DNA of 40,374 nucleotides, from assembly GCA_043804695.1 (NCBI GenBank), contig JAZDIV010000022.1, forward strand, positions 1 to 40,374. Reading direction: 5' to 3'. Shown here piece after piece: positions 7,572-15,622 of this stretch. Position 1 is the stretch's first letter; each line of letters opens with the position of its first letter. The notes beneath the pieces were generated by a model. It was not told the DNA's origin, made no database searches, and saw nothing but the letters and a program-made list of their open reading frames with translations. A program made the position numbers and the translations under genes. The DNA comes from PVC group bacterium (GTDB taxonomy: Bacteria > Auribacterota > Erginobacteria > Erginobacterales > Erginobacteraceae).

Positions 7572-8651
7572 ATGAAAGGACTGACGCACTTTATGTCCGG
7601 CGCCGCGGTGGCCTCCTTCTTCCTCCCCGCCGTCAAGATGGCGGGGGCGGACCGGATCGGCGGCGCCTCCTCCTTCATCCTTTGCCTGGGGGGACTCTTC
7701 GGGATCATGCCCGATACGATGGATTTCAAAATGGGGCAGTTCTTCACCAAGTCGGAGTACGAGATCGATCCCGACCCGATGGACCCGGACCCCCAGATGA
7801 TGGCGGAAGGACTGGGAAAAGCTCTTGATGATGCCTATGAAAACAACCGGATGGTCAAGGCCCAGATGTACCCGATGCGCCTGGGGGCCGACCTCTGGCG
7901 GCAGTATGTGATCAACTTCGACGGGGAGACCAACGAGGTCGTGATCGTGATCAACGAGATCGTGACCACCTCCCAGGTCCCGCTGCTCGGAACGGAACCG
8001 CCCCCCCAAAAACGGATCGGGCGGTACAAGATCAAGGGGAAATTCAACATCACTCACGCCCGCCCGTCGGTGGTCGATATCATGAGCGGGCCGATGTACG
8101 GTTTCTTCAAGAACGATGAGGGGAAGATGGAGATCGAGTTCCTCCCCTGGCACCGGACCTGGAGCCACAGCTACGTCCTGGGCCTCTTCCTGGCGGTCCC
8201 GGTCTGGCTGATCGCCTCGCTTTTGGCCGGCTGGCACATCGGCTGGCTCTACGGGCTGATCGCCTTCCTCGGGTTCTCCGTCCACCTGACCGAGGACCTG
8301 ACCGGCCACATGGGGGGGAGTCTCCTCTGGCCGTTCGTCAAGCCTCGCTGCAACGGCCTCAACCTCTTCAAGGCCAGCAACCCCCACGCCAACTTCAGCA
8401 TCGACTATACGGCGGTGGTCCTGATCCTCTTCAATCTCAACCGCTTCGCGCCGACGCCGATCTACACCCTCTCCCCATTTAAGTACTTTCTCTATTGCCT
8501 GATCCTACCCCTGGCCGGCTACTTCTCGATTGTAAAGATCTTCGGCGAGAAGGGGAAGAAGAAGAAAGCCGGTGTGATAGCGATGGAGAAGGCGCTGGCC
8601 CGGGAGGAGCTGGAGTACGAAGCGCAGGAGAGCATGGCCGGCGACATGTAA
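7572..8651 (+). CDS. Membrane-bound metal-dependent hydrolase, YdjM/DUF457-like, with a large soluble insertion
   Basis: N-terminal THF, GIMPDTMD, HRTWSHS and HLTED motifs; TM helices; RBS GGAGG. Confidence 0.75.
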   Translation: MKGLTHFMSGAAVASFFLPAVKMAGADRIGGASSFILCLGGLFGIMPDTMDFKMGQFFTKSEYEIDPDPMDPDPQMMAEGLGKALDDAYENNRMVKAQMYPMRLGADLWRQYVINFDGETNEVVIVINEIVTTSQVPLLGTEPPPQKRIGRYKIKGKFNITHARPSVVDIMSGPMYGFFKNDEGKMEIEFLPWHRTWSHSYVLGLFLAVPVWLIASLLAGWHIGWLYGLIAFLGFSVHLTEDLTGHMGGSLLWPFVKPRCNGLNLFKASNPHANFSIDYTAVVLILFNLNRFAPTPIYTLSPFKYFLYCLILPLAGYFSIVKIFGEKGKKKKAGVIAMEKALAREELEYEAQESMAGDM

Positions 8652-8654
8652 TTC

Positions 8655-8691
8655 CACATTTACGAACCCCGATTCGGGGCTCGTAAATGTG
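8655..8691. terminator. Hairpin after the hydrolase stop codon
   Basis: cacatttacgaaccccg-att-cggggctcgtaaatgtg. Confidence 0.6.
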
Positions 8692-9023
8692 AAAATTCGG
8701 CCCCGGAGGCCGGGCATTGAAGGTTCGACGTTCATTCTTCCTCCGATAGTGACGCCCCGGCATTTTATCCGCCGTCCGCCGGGGTTCCGTATTCGACGTC
8801 GGCTTTTCGATTCTGGACGTTTTTCCCTTTCCTGTCTTCCCCCCCTTTTCCCTCCGTCTCCCGGTTATCGTCCCCGGATTGACAACCGGACGGGTGATCT
8901 TTAAGATAAAAAAATGTTTTCTGTCGCCCCCTCCGGGATAATCGATGATAATATTTCAGTTTAACCGGATAAATCAGCGAGCCCCGATTCCATCGAGGCA
9001 AGCGAATTTAAATATTGAACGCG

Positions 9024-9626
9024 ATGCACGGGAACGAGTCTAAAAAAGTGGCTGAGAGGCAGGATGATTTCGCTCTGGTCGGCGCCGCCCGGAAAAACGA
9101 CCCCGACGCGTTCGGCGAGCTGGTGCGGAAGTATCAGAGGAAGATTTATTCTCTTGCCTACAGCATGGTCGGCAACCACAGTGACGCCGACGACCTGGCC
9201 CAGGAGATATTTTTAAAGACATTCCGGAATATTAAAAAGTTCCGATTCAAATCAAGTTTCTACACATGGCTTTACCGGATTGCCGTCAATACGATTATCA
9301 CCCGCCGGAAGAAACTGCGGGGAGACACTCATCTGGAGCTGAGGCCCCAGTTACTGGATGTCGAGGGAAGCCATTACCTGTCCTCCCGCCTGGGCGGGGA
9401 AAAAGGGGACAGAACAGCGGGTAACCAGGAGTTGAAGAAAGATATCCGGAGAGCGATCGATACTCTTCCCGAGAAGCAGAGAACGGTGGTGATCATGCAT
9501 GATATCGAAGGACTCCCCCATAACGAGATCGCCCGCGTTCTCTCCTGTTCCGAAGGGACTGTCCGTTCCCGGCTGCATTACGCGCGCCGGAGCCTTCAGG
9601 AGGAATTAGCCGGCTGGCTGGATTAA
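9024..9626 (+). CDS. ECF (RpoE-like) sigma-70 factor; alternative start at TTG 9015
   Basis: AFGELVRKYQ, DADDLAQEIF, FYTWLYRIAVN, EIARVLSCSEGTVRSRLHYAR. Confidence 0.92.
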   Translation: MHGNESKKVAERQDDFALVGAARKNDPDAFGELVRKYQRKIYSLAYSMVGNHSDADDLAQEIFLKTFRNIKKFRFKSSFYTWLYRIAVNTIITRRKKLRGDTHLELRPQLLDVEGSHYLSSRLGGEKGDRTAGNQELKKDIRRAIDTLPEKQRTVVIMHDIEGLPHNEIARVLSCSEGTVRSRLHYARRSLQEELAGWLD

Positions 9627-9653
9627 TAGAACTTAGCGCTTCGCGCTAACTTC

Positions 9654-9877
9654 GTAGCGGCGACCTTCAGGTCGCCACTATCTGGCAGCCTAAAGAGGCT
9701 GTCCGACAATTGGCATTTTTGCAAATTTCGCGGTCATTGCGAGGAGCGAAGCGACGAAGCAATCTTAACCAATTGGGATATAGCTTATTCTGATCACGCT
9801 TTTAGATCGCTTCGCCCCTCCGGGGCTCGCGATGACACTTTAGGGGTTGTCGGACAGCCTCTGAAGACTGCCGCTAC
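9654..9877. repeat. Inverted GTAG-type REP pair, right unit interrupted by a MITE
   Basis: Left GTAGC-GGCGACC-TTCA-GGTCGCC; right unit reconstitutes as GGCAGCC-T(A/G)AA-GACTGCC-GCTAC. Confidence 0.75.
9695..9861. mobile_element. MITE with perfect terminal inverted repeats GAGGCTGTCCGACAA
   Basis: TIRs at 9695-9709 and 9847-9861; flanks TAAA and TGAA (imperfect 4-bp duplication); internal palindromic repeat at 9733-9836. Confidence 0.8.
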
Positions 9878-9881
9878 GACC

Positions 9882-9945
9882 GGGGAGGGGTTTTTCAACC
9901 CCGATCCAGTCAGTTCGTGGAATCGGGCTTATAAAGCCCTCCCAC
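9882..9945. repeat. GTGGGAG-type REP doublet, diverged copy
   Basis: ggggaggggtttttcaaccccgat...atcgggcttataaagccctcccac matches the copies near 13996 and 19087. Confidence 0.75.
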
Positions 9946-9977
9946 AACACGATTATTGGAAATTCCAGATGTTTCAA

Positions 9978-9986
9978 TGCTATAAT
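9978..9986 (+). promoter_or_regulatory. Extended -10 element upstream of the CAT-like gene
   Basis: TGcTATAAT about 50 nt before ATG 10038. Confidence 0.45.
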
Positions 9987-10037
9987 TAACGCTCCGGATA
10001 ATATATAGTATTATTTTTACTGCGTAAAATAATAGTT

Positions 10038-10676
10038 ATGAAATATATAGATTTAGAATCCTGGCCGCGGGGGGAGCACTTCCGTTTCTTCAGCAGGATG
10101 GATTATCCCCATTTCAACATCTGCGCCGAAGTGGATATCACCGGATTCTTCGGCTTCCTGAAAGAAAACGGCCTTCCCTTCTTCTCCGCCGCACTCTATC
10201 TCTCTTCCCGAGCGGTCAACGAAGTCCGGGAATTCCGCTGCCGGATCCGGGACGGGAAAGTGGTCGAGCACGAGAAGGTCGATCCCGCGATAACGGTGCT
10301 GGGGAAGGAAGGGGTTTTCGGCTACTGCACGATCGGGTATCACCCGGAGGCGCGGACGTTCATGGCGGAAGCGGCCGCCGTGATCGCGGAAGCGAAAGAG
10401 AACCCCACCATCGCCGAGGACCCGGCCCGGGACGACGTCATCTACTACACCTCGATCCCCTGGGTCTCGTTCACCAGCCTCAGCCACCCGATCAACCTCC
10501 ACCCGGTTGATTCCATCCCCCGGATCGCCTGGGGAAAGTACTTCAATGCGGGCGGCCGCCGCCTCCTCCCGTACTCGGTGCAGGTGCACCACGCTTTAGC
10601 GGACGGGCTTCACGTCGGGAGGCATTTCGAGCTCTTCCAGAAACTGCTCGACCGCCCGGAAATTTTGATTGCCTGA
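10038..10676 (+). CDS. cat: Type A chloramphenicol acetyltransferase family protein
   Basis: IDLESWPRGEHF, SIPWVSFTS, PRIAWGKY, catalytic QVHHALADGLH. Confidence 0.85.
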   Translation: MKYIDLESWPRGEHFRFFSRMDYPHFNICAEVDITGFFGFLKENGLPFFSAALYLSSRAVNEVREFRCRIRDGKVVEHEKVDPAITVLGKEGVFGYCTIGYHPEARTFMAEAAAVIAEAKENPTIAEDPARDDVIYYTSIPWVSFTSLSHPINLHPVDSIPRIAWGKYFNAGGRRLLPYSVQVHHALADGLHVGRHFELFQKLLDRPEILIA

Positions 10677-10748
10677 TCTGCTGCCTCCCTCAAAATCCAT
10701 TTAAGCAGAGTCATTCCTCTGGGAAAAATGATGTAAAACCACCAACGA

Positions 10749-10786
10749 CACGCTTGTGCGCCGAAGCGCTACAGCGCGCCGGCACG
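10749..10786. repeat. 30-bp hairpin element with CACG duplication inside an ACGAAG-type repeat
   Basis: cacg-[cttgtgcgccgaagcgctacagcgcgccgg]-cacg; inverted homolog at 17453-17490 (26 of 30 identical). Confidence 0.7.
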
Positions 10787-10868
10787 AAGTCCACGAGGGA
10801 TAATAAGAAAGATATTAATTCTTTATGTATTCAATATATCTTCGTGATCTTCGTAATTTTATTATTTG

Positions 10869-11780
10869 TTAGCTTTCCTCGGCTTTCACCTCGTGGCCGC
10901 CGAACTGGCCGCGGAGGGCGGCCAGGAGTTTCTCGGCAAAGGGCGCGGCATCCCGGGAGCGGAAGCGGCGCTGCAGGGCGAGGGTGATGCAGGGGATGGC
11001 GCAGCCCAGATCGACCGCCTCGCTCACCGTCCAGCGTCCTTCCCCGGAATCGGGCACCTGGGCGGCGATGCCCTCCAGATCGGGGTTCTCCGCCAGTCCC
11101 CCGGCGATCAAATCGAGCAGCCATGATCTAACCACGCTCCCGGTCCGCCAGATCTCGGCCACCCGGGCCAGGTCGAGATTGAAGTCCGTCTTCCGGCGCA
11201 TCAGCTCGAACCCCTCAGCGTAGGCTTCCATCAGGCCGTATTCGATCCCATTGTGGATCATCTTCACGAAATGCCCCGCCCCGGAGGGCCCGACCATTCC
11301 CCAGCCGGTGTCGGGCGCGGGGGCCAGCGTCCGGAAAACCGGCCGGAGGCGCTCCGCTGCCTCCCCGTCGCCTCCGATCATCAGACAGTAGCCTGCGGTT
11401 CGCCCACCGATTCCCCCGCTGGTCCCCGCGTCGATCAAAAGGATCCCTTTTTCAGCCAGGACTTCGGCCCGGCGGACGGTGTCCCGGTACCAGGAGTTTC
11501 CGCCGTCAACAATGACATCGCCGGGAGATAAAAGCCCGGACAAATCGTTCAGGATGCGTCCGGTCGGCTCTCCGGCCGGGACCATCACCCAGGCGGCCCG
11601 GGGTGGAGAAAGTTTTTTGGCGATCTCCTCCAGGGTGTGGGCTCCTTTCGCCCCTTCGGCTTCCGCCGCCCGGACGGCGGCGGGATTCTTGTCATGGACG
11701 ACCACCCGGTGCCCTCCTTTCAGAAGGCGGGAGACCATGCCGGCGCCCATCTTGCCCAGCCCGATCATCGCGATTTCCAT
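10869..11780 (-). CDS. gnd: 6-phosphogluconate dehydrogenase, decarboxylating, short type
   Basis: IGLGKMG, DGGNS, DAGTSGG, GHFVKMIHNGIEYG, DSGEGRW, LRGQFGGH. Confidence 0.95.
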   Translation of the reverse strand: MEIAMIGLGKMGAGMVSRLLKGGHRVVVHDKNPAAVRAAEAEGAKGAHTLEEIAKKLSPPRAAWVMVPAGEPTGRILNDLSGLLSPGDVIVDGGNSWYRDTVRRAEVLAEKGILLIDAGTSGGIGGRTAGYCLMIGGDGEAAERLRPVFRTLAPAPDTGWGMVGPSGAGHFVKMIHNGIEYGLMEAYAEGFELMRRKTDFNLDLARVAEIWRTGSVVRSWLLDLIAGGLAENPDLEGIAAQVPDSGEGRWTVSEAVDLGCAIPCITLALQRRFRSRDAAPFAEKLLAALRGQFGGHEVKAEES

Positions 11781-11895
11781 CTTTAGCTTCCTCCCGAAGA
11801 GTAACCTGCGGGGGGCCCCATCAACACCAGCCCCCGGGTTCCCTGTTTGCCCCGGCCGGAAGACCGGGCCGGTTTGGATAAATGCAGGACCGTCT

Positions 11896-12534
11896 TTATT
11901 TTGTCGGGGTCTCCCGGCGCGCCCGCCAGATATCCATCAGCCGCCTGATCGCCCCACGAGGATCGGCCGTCTCCATGATCGGGCGGACGGCGGCGAAATT
12001 GACCGCGCCCCGGTCGAGCACCTGCCGGAGATTCCCCTCATTGATCCCCCCGATCGCGACCGCGGTCAGGGGGTTCCCGCGGATGATCTCCCCCATCCGT
12101 TCCAACCCCAGGACCGGATCGGGCCGGTTCTTGGTCGGCGTCGGGAAGACCGGGCCGATGCCGATGTAATCGGGGTCCAGACGGATCGCAGACTCGGCCT
12201 GGGTTTCGTTATGGGTGGAGAGGCCGAAGATTTTACCGGGGACAGCCCAGAGTTTCCGGGCTTCGGGGAGCGGCGGATCTTCCTGCCCCAGGTGCACACC
12301 GTCGGCGTCGACCTCGGCCGCGATCCCGGGATCGTCGTTGATAATCAGCCGGGTCATTGTGCCGGCGGTGATCTCCCGGAGCCGGCGGGCGATCTCGACT
12401 ATCTCGGGCCGGGGGGCGTTTTTCACGCGGAGCTGAAGAAAACGGATCCCTTCGGCCAACGCCGCTTCCGCACATTTCCCGTACCCGGCGACCGGATCGG
12501 TCAGGATGACGTATAGGCCGAAAGCTTCTTTCAT
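11896..12534 (-). CDS. thiE: Thiamine-phosphate synthase
   Basis: LQLRVK, IINDD, ADGVHLGQED, GLSTH, GPVFPTPTK, AIGGI. Confidence 0.95.
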   Translation of the reverse strand: MKEAFGLYVILTDPVAGYGKCAEAALAEGIRFLQLRVKNAPRPEIVEIARRLREITAGTMTRLIINDDPGIAAEVDADGVHLGQEDPPLPEARKLWAVPGKIFGLSTHNETQAESAIRLDPDYIGIGPVFPTPTKNRPDPVLGLERMGEIIRGNPLTAVAIGGINEGNLRQVLDRGAVNFAAVRPIMETADPRGAIRRLMDIWRARRETPTK

Positions 12535-12554
12535 GGCCGCGGAGAAAGTTCGGT

Positions 12555-12605
12555 TAGCCCGGATTATTCATGAAAATTGAAAATTTTCATGAATAATCCG
12601 GGCTA
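12555..12605. repeat. Family E palindrome
   Basis: tagcccggattattcatgaaaatt-gaa-aattttcatgaataatccgggcta, perfect arms. Confidence 0.9.
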
Positions 12606-12692
12606 TGAGCTATCGTTCAACACGTTACACATAGTAATCCAGGGTAGGTGTCTTCAGCAGACTGTTTTTTCTTATCCGGCCGGCCAACATTT

Positions 12693-12816
12693 TTACCTGC
12701 CCGCTATGAGGGCGATCTCCACGAGAACATCCCGCGGCAGCCGCGCCGCCTCGACTGTGGTCCTCGCCGGCGGGTTCACGGGGAAGTAGGCGGCGTACAC
12801 GGCGTTGAACTTCGGA
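12693..12816 (-). pseudogene. C-terminal remnant of a RidA/YjgF protein
   Basis: PKFNAVYAAYFPVNPPARTTVEAARLPRDVLVEIALIA is the RidA C-terminus; upstream codons do not resemble RidA. Confidence 0.8.
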
Positions 12817-12915
12817 ATTAAATCCTCACTTTTGCCGCGCCGCTGCACGGCATTCACCAGCATAAATACCGGCGGAATGCTGACAATCAGCACGGAATCA
12901 CCCGGAATTCCGGAA

Positions 12916-13695
12916 TTATGTACGATGTCCCCGGAATTCCTCCAGGATCAGGCCGGCGACTTTTCGGCCGCTCTTCAGCATCCCCCCGAAGATAGGACCC
13001 ATCCGGAAGCCGCCGCTGACGTTATTCGCCGCCATCCCGGAGACGTAGAGCCCGGGGTAGAGCATCTTAGTGTCCGCGACCGTGGACTCTTCCCCTTTCT
13101 CGACCCACATCGGCCGCTCGCCCATGATCCCGCCGGACTCGGTGTCGATCCTGATCCCGGCTTTCCGGGTCGCCAGTTCGGCGATCTCGCTGGGATGGCC
13201 GGTGCCGTCGAGGACGACCCGGGCCATCATCACCAGGGGATCGACGTGCATCTCGAGCCGCCTGACCGGATTCCAGAGGATGACCACGCCGCCTACCCGG
13301 TTGTCCTTGAAGACGATGTCCTCGACGCTGATCGCGTTGAATAAAGTTGCCCCGGCCCGGCAGGCTCCGAAGATCAGGCCACTGGCCAGTTCCACCGCGT
13401 CGACCGTGAAGTGGCCGCTATATCCCGGACGGCAGCTCACGCCGAAATCATGCAGGATGGGGAGAGTGTCTTCCGGGACCACCACTTCATTAAAGAGCAT
13501 CCCGCCGCCCCAGATCCCTCCGCCGGGAGCAAGCTTCCGTTCGAGAACAGCCACCTTCTTCCCGGCGACGGCCAGATCGCGGGCCGCCACCAGTCCGGAC
13601 GGCCCGGCTCCCACCACCGCCACGTCAACCGTCAGGTTCGCCTGCAGCTTTTCAAAGTACCGCTTGATAATGGCTCCCGTAATCATCTCTTCCAT
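12916..13695 (-). CDS. thi4: Sulfide-dependent adenosine-diphosphate thiazole synthase
   Basis: [38 protein letters not shown]. Confidence 0.93.
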   Translation of the reverse strand: MEEMITGAIIKRYFEKLQANLTVDVAVVGAGPSGLVAARDLAVAGKKVAVLERKLAPGGGIWGGGMLFNEVVVPEDTLPILHDFGVSCRPGYSGHFTVDAVELASGLIFGACRAGATLFNAISVEDIVFKDNRVGGVVILWNPVRRLEMHVDPLVMMARVVLDGTGHPSEIAELATRKAGIRIDTESGGIMGERPMWVEKGEESTVADTKMLYPGLYVSGMAANNVSGGFRMGPIFGGMLKSGRKVAGLILEEFRGHRT

Positions 13696-13727
13696 TATTA
13701 TTTCTCCACGGATTAATTAATGTCTAT

Positions 13728-14143
13728 CCCCCTGCCGCTCCCCCTTTTCAGTCCACAGATTACACAGATTACTCTGATTGTTTCCTCCTCTCCCCCGGCC
13801 CCGGTGAAATGCAAATATCGAATATCGAATAATGAATATCGAACTTCGAAGGTTCGCCTTGTCTTGGCTCTTTCACTTCGATATTCGGTGTTCGATATTC
13901 TGCGGTTCGTTATTCGCTTTTCCCCGCCTCGCCCCCCTTGATTAAACCGCGAATCTCGTTAATCTACACAAATCTTTTTCCCCCCGCCCTGCCATTGTGG
14001 GAGAGGTTTTTAACCTCGATCCGGCTCGCCTGATATCGGGCTTAAAAAGCCCTCCCACAGCATCCCTCCGGGGCCCGGCGCCATGCGCTATGCTCTATGC
14101 GCTTTGCTCTTCGTTCGATGTTGGACGTTCGATGTTCAGTTTT
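13728..14143. repeat. Mosaic string of repeat modules between nadA and thi4
   Basis: 13807-13920 recurs at 15131-15244; 13937-14118 recurs at 19028-19209; acagattactctgattgttt recurs near 18990. Confidence 0.85.
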
Positions 14144-15057
14144 TATTTTCCCATCGAAACCATTGCCTCAACCGCCGTCAGTGCCCGCCGGCGAATCTCT
14201 TCGGATACCGTGACCTCGAACCGCATCTCTTCCAGGGACCAGAGGACTTTTTCCAGAGTGATCTTCTTCATGTTCGGGCAGACGACCAGATCCGAGGCGG
14301 GGAAGAACCGCCGGTTGGGGTTATCGCCGTGAAGACGGGTGATCATGTCCACCTCGGTCCCCACGATAAACTCGTCGGCATCCGACGCCCGAACGAACCG
14401 TTCCATCCCCGAGGTGGAGAGCACCTCGTCGGCCCGGTCGATCACCTCCGGCGTGCATTCCGGGTGGACCATTATCACCGCCCGGGGATGAAGAGCTTTC
14501 TGTTTTTCGATGTCTTCGGGCAGAAGCTTGCGGTGAACCGGGCAGTACCCCGGATACAGGATGAGCCGCCGCCCGGTCTTCCTCATCACGTAGGCGCCGA
14601 GGAACTTGTCCGGGGTGAAGATGATCTCCCGGCCGGGGGGGATGGACTCGACCACCTCGACCGCGTTGGCTGACGTACAGCAGATGTCGGTCTCGGCCTT
14701 GACCGCGGCGCTGGAGTTGACGTAGGTCACCACCACGGCGCCGGGATGCTCGGCCCTGACCGCCCGCAGATCTTCCGGGGTGATCATGTCGGCCATCGGG
14801 CAGCCGGCCTCCGGGTCGGGGATGAGTACGGTTTTCTCCGGAGCCAGGATGGCGGCGGTCTCGGCCATGAAGTGAACCCCGCAGAAGACGATCACCTCCG
14901 CGTCGGTGGCGGAGGCCTTCCGGCTCAGCCCCAGGGAGTCTCCCCGGAAATCGGCGATCTCCTGGACTTCTTTGACCTGGTAGTTGTGAGCCAGGATGAC
15001 GGCGTTATGAGCCTTTTTTAGCTTTTTGATTTTTGCGACAATACTCTGGTCGTTCAC
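14143..15057 (-). CDS. nadA: Quinolinate synthase
   Basis: ILAHNYQ, GDSL, FCGVHFMAE, GCPMAD, YVNSSA, CPVH, HPEC, CPNMK. Confidence 0.96.
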   Translation of the reverse strand: MNDQSIVAKIKKLKKAHNAVILAHNYQVKEVQEIADFRGDSLGLSRKASATDAEVIVFCGVHFMAETAAILAPEKTVLIPDPEAGCPMADMITPEDLRAVRAEHPGAVVVTYVNSSAAVKAETDICCTSANAVEVVESIPPGREIIFTPDKFLGAYVMRKTGRRLILYPGYCPVHRKLLPEDIEKQKALHPRAVIMVHPECTPEVIDRADEVLSTSGMERFVRASDADEFIVGTEVDMITRLHGDNPNRRFFPASDLVVCPNMKKITLEKVLWSLEEMRFEVTVSEEIRRRALTAVEAMVSMGK

Positions 15058-15130
15058 CCGCCTCGCCCCCTTATTTTAGCCGTAAAAAGGCGCAGAATAC
15101 GCAAAAATTCCCTCCACCTCGTCCCCGGCA

Positions 15131-15244
15131 AAATACAAATATCGAATACCGAATAATGAATATCGAACTTCGAAGTTTCGCCTTGTCTTGGCTTTTTTAC
15201 TTCGATATTCAGTGTTCGATATTCTGCGGTTCGTTATTCGCTTT
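15131..15244. repeat. AATATCG heptamer hairpin overlapping the nifU 3' end
   Basis: Close copy of 13807-13920. Confidence 0.85.
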
Positions 15245-15622
15245 TACCTTCTTCCGGTAGTCTTCAATAGCTGCCTTCAGAGCCTCTTCGCCCAGCATTG
15301 AGCAGTGCATCTTGGCCGGGGGAAGGCCGTCCAGCGCCGCCGCCACCTCCTTATTGGAGAGGGCGATCGCTTCCTCCAGGGTCTTTCCCTTTGCCAGCTC
15401 GGTGACCATGGAACTGGTGGCGATCGCCGCCCCGCAGCCGAAGGTCTGGAATTTGGCGTCGCTGATCCGGCCGTCTTTGACCGTGATGTAGAGTTTCATG
15501 ACATCCCCGCAGACCGGGTTGCCGACCGTTCCGACCCCGTCCGGGTTCTCGATCTTGCCGACATTGCGGGGGTGGTGGAAATGATCCATCACTTTTTCGC
15601 TGTATAAAGAATCGCCGCTCAT
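15209..15622 (-). CDS. nifU: Fe-S cluster scaffold, IscU/NifU N-terminal type
   Basis: YSEKVMDHF, GNPVCGD, FGCGAAIA, LPPAKMHCS. Confidence 0.93.
   Translation of the reverse strand: MSGDSLYSEKVMDHFHHPRNVGKIENPDGVGTVGNPVCGDVMKLYITVKDGRISDAKFQTFGCGAAIATSSMVTELAKGKTLEEAIALSNKEVAAALDGLPPAKMHCSMLGEEALKAAIEDYRKKVKANNEPQNIEH

Noticed and set aside
13696..14142. TPP riboswitch upstream of thi4 or thiE
   Set aside because: No CUGAGA core in a suitable context on the minus strand; both leaders are occupied by repeats
13720..14332. Small ORFs within repeat mosaics (13720-13941, 13997-14332, 19117-19410)
   Set aside because: They are translations of repeat modules (for example MRYALCALL) and some overlap real genes on the opposite strand
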